A stretch of DNA of 37,819 nt from an uncultured Candidatus Bathyarchaeia archaeon. GTDB lineage: Archaea > Thermoproteota > Bathyarchaeia > Bathyarchaeales > Bathyarchaeaceae. Of the stretch, positions 17,732 to 24,624 are shown in pieces (position 1 is the first letter of the stretch; each line of letters opens with the position of its first letter). The notes under the pieces are model-generated. The model ran no database searches, was not told where the DNA came from, and saw nothing but the letters and a program-made list of their open reading frames with translations. Both the position numbers and the translations under genes were made by a program. The stretch spans positions 1 to 37,819 of the forward strand of contig CAYFTS010000056.1 in the NCBI GenBank assembly GCA_964346135.1. The letters are read 5' to 3'.

Positions 17732-19165
17732 ATGAAGCCTACAATCAATTTGTTAACCCGAGACGAACTTTACGAAATTCATCTAGCTACAGTGAACATT
17801 CTTGAACGAGTCGGCGTAGGCATCTACGAGGAAAGAGCGCTTAAACTGATGGATGAAGCTGGGGCAAACGTTGATTACGATAAGAAGGTTGTGAAGATAC
17901 CTCAGTATCTTTTGAAGGAGTTAATTAGTAAAGCTCCCGAAGTTGTTACACTTTTCGCTAGAAATCCCAAGCGCACGGTTAGACTTGAACCTGCAAAAAC
18001 TTACTTCAACAACTCAAGTTACGGAATAAATGTATATGACTTAGATACTGGAAAACATAGAGATTCAAAAAGCGAAGATGTGATCAATTTCGCGAGACTA
18101 GTAGACGCTTTAGAAAACATTCATGTTTATCAGCCTACGGTCACAGCGCATAACATTCCAGAATATATTAGAAGTATCCATGAACTTGCAATATCGCTGG
18201 AGAACACTTCGAAACACGTGTCACATGCAGCTTCCGGTGCTGACGCAATCAAACGTTATATTCAGATAGGCGCAGCGGTTGCGGGAGGAGAAGAGGAACT
18301 TAGGAAGAAACCATTAATCTCTGCCAGCACATGCCCCATAAGCCCTTTACAACACTCAAAAGAAGACACAGAGACCTTAATCGAATACGCCAAATTTGGC
18401 TTACCGTTTTTCATATTAAGCATGGCTATGGGCGGAGGAACAGCGCCACTCACAATTGCAGGCGAATTAGTTGTGATTAACGCCGAAGTTCTCAGTGGAA
18501 TAGCCTTAGTTCAACTTGTAAACCCGGGGACCCCTGTGCTTTACGGCAGTGTATCATCAACAATGGACATGAAAACAGGCAAAACAGCGTTAGGTGCCCC
18601 TGAAAGACCTCTAATCAATTCGGGATGCGCTCAGCTGGCTAGATACTATGGAATCCCATCTTGGATAGGAGCCTGCTCAACAGACGCCAAGGCCTCTGGA
18701 CCTCAAGCGATGTTTGAGAAGGTTATGACAGCCATCCTTCCTATGTTGGCGGGCGCCAACCTCATATATGGTCCAGCCATACTGGATTCTGGTAAGACCT
18801 ATGGTTTCGAGCAGTTGGTTCTCGACAACGAGATAATAGGAGCAGCTTACCGCATCCTAGAAGGCGTGGACGTAAACTCAGAGTCCTTAGCCCTTGAAGT
18901 CATAGAAAAAGTTGGAATAGGCGGTCACTACTTAGCTCAGAAGCATACGAGCGATCACGTGTTAAGCGATCAGTGGAGACCCACGCTGTTGGATAGGGGA
19001 ACTAGAGGAGACTGGGTTAAAGCTGGCTGTAAGGATATATGTGCGTTGGCAAGGGAGCAAGCTAAGAAGATTTTGTCATCTCATGAAGTTGAACCGTTAG
19101 AAAAGGATGTTAAAGAAAAAATTTGGGAGATACTGAAGAAGGCGGAGAAGGAGCTGAAAGACTAA
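17732..19165 (+). CDS. MttB-superfamily (trimethylamine methyltransferase-like) protein, non-pyrrolysine type
   Basis: A 477-aa uninterrupted ORF with the typical N-terminus (LTRDELYEIHLATVNILERVGV) and core (PISPLQHS..., GPAILDSGKTYGFEQLVLDNEIIG, GIGGHYLAQKHT) of the MttB family. There is no in-frame TAG, so it belongs with the quaternary-amine (MtgB-like) branch rather than true Pyl-MttB. Confidence 0.85.
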   Translation: MKPTINLLTRDELYEIHLATVNILERVGVGIYEERALKLMDEAGANVDYDKKVVKIPQYLLKELISKAPEVVTLFARNPKRTVRLEPAKTYFNNSSYGINVYDLDTGKHRDSKSEDVINFARLVDALENIHVYQPTVTAHNIPEYIRSIHELAISLENTSKHVSHAASGADAIKRYIQIGAAVAGGEEELRKKPLISASTCPISPLQHSKEDTETLIEYAKFGLPFFILSMAMGGGTAPLTIAGELVVINAEVLSGIALVQLVNPGTPVLYGSVSSTMDMKTGKTALGAPERPLINSGCAQLARYYGIPSWIGACSTDAKASGPQAMFEKVMTAILPMLAGANLIYGPAILDSGKTYGFEQLVLDNEIIGAAYRILEGVDVNSESLALEVIEKVGIGGHYLAQKHTSDHVLSDQWRPTLLDRGTRGDWVKAGCKDICALAREQAKKILSSHEVEPLEKDVKEKIWEILKKAEKELKD

Positions 19166-19650
19166 CTTCTAGCGCGTTTCACGCTTGACTGGTGCACCAT
19201 CGACTTTTCTTTAGGTTGTCTCCATTTACATTTGGCGCATTTTCTTTGGAGGAATGAAGCAATAGCCTGTTCAAAGTAGGCGGATGAACGAACGACATCT
19301 GTTAATGTCACTAGACCGCGAAGTCGACCTTTTTTGATTACAGGAAGTTTCTTAATTTTCCGCTTAACCATGAGGCTTACAGTTTCATGAATACCAGTCT
19401 CAGGACCCGTGGTTACAAGTGGTTTTGACATAATACTACTAACTCTGGTTTTTTTCGGGTCTCTTAATTCAAGTAAAACCCTTGTTAGAAGGTCTCTTTC
19501 GGTAACTATCCCAATAGGCTTACCCTTGTGCACTGTGACTAAACATCCTAGTTCATACTTATCCATTAGTTCCGTTGCCCTTCGAACGGTTGACGTTGCG
19601 CCTATCGTTATGACGTTCTTAACCATGACATCCTTAACTCTTAGCGACAT
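19162..19650 (-). CDS. CBS-domain pair protein with a short basic/Cys C-terminal tail
   Basis: Two CBS-like units (VKDVMVKNVITIGATSTVRRATELMDKYELGCLVTV and VSSIMSKPLVTTGPETGIHETVSLMVKRKIKKLPVI). The tail contains CAKCKW. It converges on the MttB-family gene with a 4-nt overlap. Confidence 0.8.
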   Translation of the reverse strand: MSLRVKDVMVKNVITIGATSTVRRATELMDKYELGCLVTVHKGKPIGIVTERDLLTRVLLELRDPKKTRVSSIMSKPLVTTGPETGIHETVSLMVKRKIKKLPVIKKGRLRGLVTLTDVVRSSAYFEQAIASFLQRKCAKCKWRQPKEKSMVHQSSVKRARS

Positions 19651-19665
19651 GAAATCACCAAATTC

Positions 19666-20457
19666 TCATTCAGAAACAACTCTTAGGTAGAAACATTCCA
19701 TTATTTTGGGGCAACAGAAACATTCTTCAGGTAATACGGAATCCTTTGGAACTGTTTTTAGATATCCAAAGTAATGAGGACAATCTTGCGGTCTTGCCTT
19801 AGTGCTTGTTGAAGTAGTCGGCACTTCTTCTTTTGAGACCTCTGAGGCTTTAACATGTTCTATTGATAGAGACTTTTCCTTTAGATGTTCCAGTGCTTTG
19901 TATTCATGCGAGTTCTCAAGAGGCTTCGGTGTTTCCGCAACTTCTACATTGTCTTCTTTTTCCCTCATTAACTCAATGGCTGGCACTGGCTTTGGTGTTT
20001 CAACAGTCACTTTGGGTTCCTCTGGAATCTCCGCTGATTTAATGGATATTCTGGTTTCTTGATTTTTAGCGGGCACCATAGGCTCTTTTGTATGCTTTAG
20101 ATACTTCTCCCTACCTAACAGATCGTCAATTGTTATCCTTGGCTTTTCTTGGCTTGGCGACGTTTCAACAGCTAACTTAGGTTTTTTTTGAGTTTTAGAA
20201 AGTGAGGCTATTAAGATAACTCCACAATGCGGGCAAGCGGAGTGTTCACGTGGAGGCGTTTCTGACAAAACAGTTAATTTCATAGGCTTTTGGAAAATTT
20301 TTTTGCATTCTGGATTTGGACAAAGAAAAAAGGATTCAGGGGAAGTTTCTTCTTTCAACCAGCCCCTTTTCTTGAGCACAACGACGTAGATGGTTATGAT
20401 TATGCTGAGCACGGTTATGGTTATCGCTGTGACAGCCTCGAACGTATAGGGAAACAT
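19666..20457 (-). CDS. Hypothetical membrane-anchored protein with a zinc-ribbon, a long E/K/P-rich linker and a C-terminal Cys cluster
   Basis: N-terminal TM (AVTAITITVLSIIITIYVVVL), a CxxxC...CxxC ribbon (CPNPECKKIF...CPHCG), a low-complexity linker, and the C-terminal CPHYFGYLKTVPKDSVLPEECFCCPKIMEC. It starts 10 nt downstream of the pilin-like gene. Confidence 0.5.
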   Translation of the reverse strand: MFPYTFEAVTAITITVLSIIITIYVVVLKKRGWLKEETSPESFFLCPNPECKKIFQKPMKLTVLSETPPREHSACPHCGVILIASLSKTQKKPKLAVETSPSQEKPRITIDDLLGREKYLKHTKEPMVPAKNQETRISIKSAEIPEEPKVTVETPKPVPAIELMREKEDNVEVAETPKPLENSHEYKALEHLKEKSLSIEHVKASEVSKEEVPTTSTSTKARPQDCPHYFGYLKTVPKDSVLPEECFCCPKIMECFYLRVVSE

Positions 20458-20467
20458 TTTGTTTCAC

Positions 20468-20926
20468 TTATGCGGTAAAGACTTTCATAATTACTCGATA
20501 AGTATCAGCCGCTGTGGCGTTTTGGCCCCAGTTGTAGTTGGTTCCTTGAGTTCCATCACTTGAAGCGTAAAAGGCTTCTGTGCTTCCGCTGAGAGTGTAT
20601 GATGTAGTTTGTTCAACAGCTGGCGTCATGTTCGCTCCACCTTTTTGCAGCCACCACGTGATGGATACGGCTCCGCTATATCCCCCACTGGTAACGTTAA
20701 ATCTTGCGTACCATGCGCTGCCGTTTGCAATGCCGCTGAGAGTAGTGGCCCAACCCGTTGAATTGTCTTCACTGTAGTAGATTGTGCCAGTTAATGTAAC
20801 TACTGTGACATCCCCGCCTGTGTATGTTCCTAGAAGTGTGGCGTAGACCGCGATTATTAGGGCTATGGATATGAGGGCTATCAGCGTGACAACGACGAAT
20901 TCTCTTTGGGCTTTAGATCTGTTCAC
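20468..20926 (-). CDS. Putative archaeal type IV pilin-like (class III signal peptide) protein
   Basis: N-terminus MNRSKAQREFVVVTLIALISIALIIAVYATLL, comprising a short basic leader, K-A-Q, an acidic residue, then a long hydrophobic helix. This resembles prepilin-peptidase substrates (K-G/A | Q-x-x-E). The rest is a T/S/G-rich beta-type domain with NxS/T sequons. Confidence 0.5.
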   Translation of the reverse strand: MNRSKAQREFVVVTLIALISIALIIAVYATLLGTYTGGDVTVVTLTGTIYYSEDNSTGWATTLSGIANGSAWYARFNVTSGGYSGAVSITWWLQKGGANMTPAVEQTTSYTLSGSTEAFYASSDGTQGTNYNWGQNATAADTYRVIMKVFTA

Positions 20927-21190
20927 TTCGCCTTCACCTCCATAAAGTTTTCCACGTTCTTTGTACTTTTTCTACACTCAAAACTATTATATTAAGTCTT
21001 TTGTCTTACGATATATATTTAGAATCCGATTGTAACTTATATACCTTTTCAAGTCTAACTCTGACACTGATTAGAATCCAACTCTGCTTAATACATATTC
21101 AAAGTCGTAACCATCAATTCATAACTAATTTTACCGATCAAAGACGCTTTTCTAACGTTAATAGCCGACCAGTATTCAACGCGTTCAAGA

Positions 21191-23098
21191 ATGGGAAAAA
21201 AGTTGCGTAAAAAGCTAATTGCGGAGTTAAGCCTCTTCTTTCTTATTTTAATCTATTGCACAACAGCACCTGAGCCGCTTACAATGACTGCTAAAGTTTC
21301 AGCACAACCGACAGTTCCTTATAATATCGGAAACTGGACCTACGTGAGTAAGCCAGTTCTTCCTTTAAAGATAAATGCATCTCAAATTCCGATAGGTGCT
21401 AACTGGACTTATGTTTACGCCTTAAACGCCAACCACACTTATCACGTGTACTTTTACGGAGAATGGATTAATCCCGATGATCCTAAAACAGACTATGACG
21501 TTTTCGTTTACAACCCCAGTGGAGAATTAGAGTCATATCACACTGAAGCAGCAGGCTTACCTGAACATTTAGGAACCACGGTAGATCAGCCCTTTTTCAC
21601 TCCGAAACAAACAGGCAACTATAGTTTCCTCATGAAAAATGACCCAAGAGAAAGTCAAGACGCAGAAGAAGGTACCTTCATGCTGATTGAAAACATAGAG
21701 CCCAACAGATGGTATCAACGTTATCTTATGGGAAAAGTGAACGATCAGCCAGTTGAAAATACGACTTGGGCGTACGAATTTAACACAACAAGCAAACATG
21801 TAGAGGTATGGATTGATGTGTCAGACACCCTTGACATGTATGAAGCCAGACTGTATCTTATGGCGAACCCATCAAAAGGCATGGGCGACCTGTTAAACGC
21901 TATGCCTTTAGCTTGGGAACCCGGACTATACGGCGACATTTCAGGAGATTATGGCGGGTATAACTTGAATAGCACAGGTTTCAGACACACAGATGCTATG
22001 GCAAGCTGCGAGTTTCCAGGAGAAGACATGTTAATCAATTACACTTCTTCCTATGAAGAAAACATCCTTTATCATTTGGTTTTGATAGCTGAAGACGGAG
22101 TTGGTAGTCTCAATTTTACGGTTAAAACAGATTTTGAAGCTCCGAGCTTGAGCATCGAAAACCCTATAGAAAAAGCATATTCCAATAATGCAACGACAAT
22201 AACCGCTTATGTAAACGATGAATTTAGCTTGAAGAGAGTGCTGTTGAATTATACCATAGATGACTGGGCAACATGGACTTCAACCGTTATGTCAGCATCT
22301 CAAAACCAAACGTATGTTGGAACAATACCTGGACAACCAGCTGGTGTCACGGTTAAATACAAAATTTTGGCAACTGACATCGCTGATAACCACGCTGAAA
22401 CGCAAAGTAGTTACGTGGTGAAGACTCCAACCACCATATCCATCATTTTGTCCAACTCCACTATTTATTACGGCGAAAACATCACGGTTACTGGTCTTAT
22501 CTCTCCAAGCGGAGCAACGGTGACGTTAAACTATACTGTTGATGATGTAGTGGTGTCTAAGGTGGTGTCCACAAACTCCAGTGGTTTCTTTAACGATGTT
22601 TACATGCCAAACAAAACTGGGTTCTGGACAGTTTTAGCAAGTTGGAGTGGCAACGATAGTTATTTTGGTGCATCCACTAGTTACAAAAACTTTACTGTAA
22701 ACCGAACTCCAATGTCAATAATTTGTAACATAAGCAGAGTTCAGTTAATCATCGGAGAAAATGTTACAGTATTCGGCTCGGTTAGCCCTGTCGTGGAAAA
22801 TATGAGCGTTGGGTTAATATTTACAATGCCAAACGGCTCAACTGTCGAACGGTATGTTTACACGAACTCAAACGGCACCTTTACTGCCAGTTTTCGCCCA
22901 CATTTCATAGGGGCTTGGCGTGTTCAAGCAAAATTTGATGGTGACGATTTACGAGTTGAGTCTCAAAGTGAATTGGTGTCCTTCCTTGTAACTGACACTT
23001 GGATGAACCAAAACATATTGTACATAATCTTGGGTGTGGTCGCCGCCATAATAGCTTTCGTAGCCGTGATTTTCATCCGAAAACGAAGATACGGATAG
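21191..23098 (+). CDS. Large secreted surface protein with tandem Ig-like domains, many N-glycosylation sequons and a C-terminal TM anchor
   Basis: Signal-anchor LIAELSLFFLILIYCTTAPEP. Two similar ~95-aa Ig-like modules lie at about nt 22427-22991 (IYYGENITVTGLISPSGATVTLNY...GFWTVLASWSGNDSYFG and LIIGENVTVFGSVSPVVENMSVGLIF...GAWRVQAKFDGDDLRVES). The C-terminal TM plus basic tail is ILYIILGVVAAIIAFVAVIFIRKRRYG. Confidence 0.65.
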   Translation: MGKKLRKKLIAELSLFFLILIYCTTAPEPLTMTAKVSAQPTVPYNIGNWTYVSKPVLPLKINASQIPIGANWTYVYALNANHTYHVYFYGEWINPDDPKTDYDVFVYNPSGELESYHTEAAGLPEHLGTTVDQPFFTPKQTGNYSFLMKNDPRESQDAEEGTFMLIENIEPNRWYQRYLMGKVNDQPVENTTWAYEFNTTSKHVEVWIDVSDTLDMYEARLYLMANPSKGMGDLLNAMPLAWEPGLYGDISGDYGGYNLNSTGFRHTDAMASCEFPGEDMLINYTSSYEENILYHLVLIAEDGVGSLNFTVKTDFEAPSLSIENPIEKAYSNNATTITAYVNDEFSLKRVLLNYTIDDWATWTSTVMSASQNQTYVGTIPGQPAGVTVKYKILATDIADNHAETQSSYVVKTPTTISIILSNSTIYYGENITVTGLISPSGATVTLNYTVDDVVVSKVVSTNSSGFFNDVYMPNKTGFWTVLASWSGNDSYFGASTSYKNFTVNRTPMSIICNISRVQLIIGENVTVFGSVSPVVENMSVGLIFTMPNGSTVERYVYTNSNGTFTASFRPHFIGAWRVQAKFDGDDLRVESQSELVSFLVTDTWMNQNILYIILGVVAAIIAFVAVIFIRKRRYG

Positions 23099-23202
23099 AT
23101 TGCTTGACCGAACTGTAAAGTTTATTTGACTTCCTAATTATGTATCTGACTTTGCTATACGCAAGCCTTTTTTTCTTTTACAATGTATAGACTACTCACA
23201 AG

Positions 23203-24453
23203 GTGCACTTAATGAGAATAGGTTTCTTTGTTTGGGAATACCCACCTAAACTTGTGGGCGGACTGGGCACATATGCCGAATACATAACTCGAGAATTCGT
23301 TGAACTCGGACACGACGTCACAGTTTTCACACTTAATCCCGGAGACTTACGGACAAGAGAAATAAGGAAAGGCGTAGAAATTCATCGTCCATTAATCGCC
23401 AACGCAAGCAACGTGTTCCCAATGTTTGTCATTGATGACCTGAAAAAATGGGGAACAAACATCCGCTTCTTCAACGACATCTTCATCTACAACGTTCTTA
23501 GCGCAACAAAACTCATCAATAGCCTAATCAAGAAGGAGGATTACCACTTTGACGTATTATGTGTCCATGACTGGTTGAGCAGTATCGCAGGGATCATAGC
23601 TAAAAATGAGACAAATATACCTGTAGTTTTTCACGTTCACAGCGCTGAGTGGGGTCGAAGCGGTGGTCAAGGCTCGGCAGTAGTTTCTCATCTTGAATGG
23701 GCAACTGGTGAGGCGGTTGACCGTATAATCACTGTAAGTCATGCGATGAGGGAAGACCTTGTTCGACACGGCTGGCCTGTATCAAAAATCAGCGTAGTCT
23801 GGAATGGCGTGGATCCTGAGCGATATGATCCTAAGAGATGCAAGGAAGAAGACGTCAAGAAGATTCGACGCAAACATGGCATTGAAGATGATGAATGTAT
23901 GCTCTTCTTCTTGGGGCGACTAACATGGGTGAAAGGTGTTAGAAACCTAATTCAGGCTATACCAATGATATTGGAAGAGTATCCTAAAACAAAATTGGTG
24001 ATTTTGGGTAAAGGGGAAGAGCAAAGTGACGTCGTTGAAACGGCCAAAAGACTTGGAATAGAGGATAAAGTTGTATGCCATTTCGAATTCGTCCCAGAAG
24101 AAGAAAGAATTCTGCATTATGCCGCTTCTGACATCTGCATTTTTCCATCTACATACGAGCCTTTTGGCATCGTAAGCCTAGAAGCTATGTCTATGGCGAA
24201 ACCAATCGTAGTTGGAGCTCATGGAGTAGTTGGCTTCAAAGAACAGGTTATATGTCATGGTCCAGATCAGAATGGAATCCATGTGAATGGTGGAGATGCA
24301 GCGGATATTGCTTGGGGAGTAAAGGCGGTTTTGAAAGACCCTGAACAAGCGAAAAAGTGGGGAGAAAATGGGCGCAAAAGGGTTTTGCAGTATTTCACTT
24401 GGACAAAAGCCGCTGAACAGACTCTTCAGATATACCAAGCCCTCAAATCATAA
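23203..24453 (+). CDS. GT-B fold glycosyltransferase (GT4/GT5, glycogen-synthase-like)
   Basis: N-terminal MRIGFFVWEYPPKLVGGLGTYAEYITREFVELGHDVTVFT (GGLG motif). The C-terminal E-x7-E region is PSTYEPFGIVSLEAMSMAKPIVV. The probable true start is ATG 23212 (MRIGFF). Confidence 0.85.
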   Translation: MHLMRIGFFVWEYPPKLVGGLGTYAEYITREFVELGHDVTVFTLNPGDLRTREIRKGVEIHRPLIANASNVFPMFVIDDLKKWGTNIRFFNDIFIYNVLSATKLINSLIKKEDYHFDVLCVHDWLSSIAGIIAKNETNIPVVFHVHSAEWGRSGGQGSAVVSHLEWATGEAVDRIITVSHAMREDLVRHGWPVSKISVVWNGVDPERYDPKRCKEEDVKKIRRKHGIEDDECMLFFLGRLTWVKGVRNLIQAIPMILEEYPKTKLVILGKGEEQSDVVETAKRLGIEDKVVCHFEFVPEEERILHYAASDICIFPSTYEPFGIVSLEAMSMAKPIVVGAHGVVGFKEQVICHGPDQNGIHVNGGDAADIAWGVKAVLKDPEQAKKWGENGRKRVLQYFTWTKAAEQTLQIYQALKS

Positions 24454-24624
24454 TTAAACAACAAGCAGTTGACTATCGGTTCTTCTACCGATTTTTATTT
24501 TGTATAATTTAGATTTTTTATGATATCCATTTGCGCGTGTAAGACTTCCTTCTTTTTCACAGTAATTCAATTATGAACATGGAGGGAAAACAAGCGAGAC
24601 GGCCGAAGCTTAGTCCATAGTTTG

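Noticed and set aside
17732-19165. Pyrrolysine (in-frame TAG) in the MttB-family gene
   Set aside because: The ORF is uninterrupted over 477 codons with no in-frame amber codon. It is therefore a non-Pyl family member.
21001-21210. ORF 21001-21210 in the divergent intergenic region
   Set aside because: It is an AT-rich promoter region between the pilin-like gene and the surface-protein gene. The translation is Ile/Leu/Ser/Phe-rich, as expected from AT-rich non-coding DNA, and it overlaps the start of the 635-aa ORF.
23128-23158. TTATGTATCTGACTTTGCTATACGC upstream of the glycosyltransferase, as a motif-like sequence
   Set aside because: Only the TGCTA core and partial arms match, and the spacing does not fit the 7-9-7 architecture.
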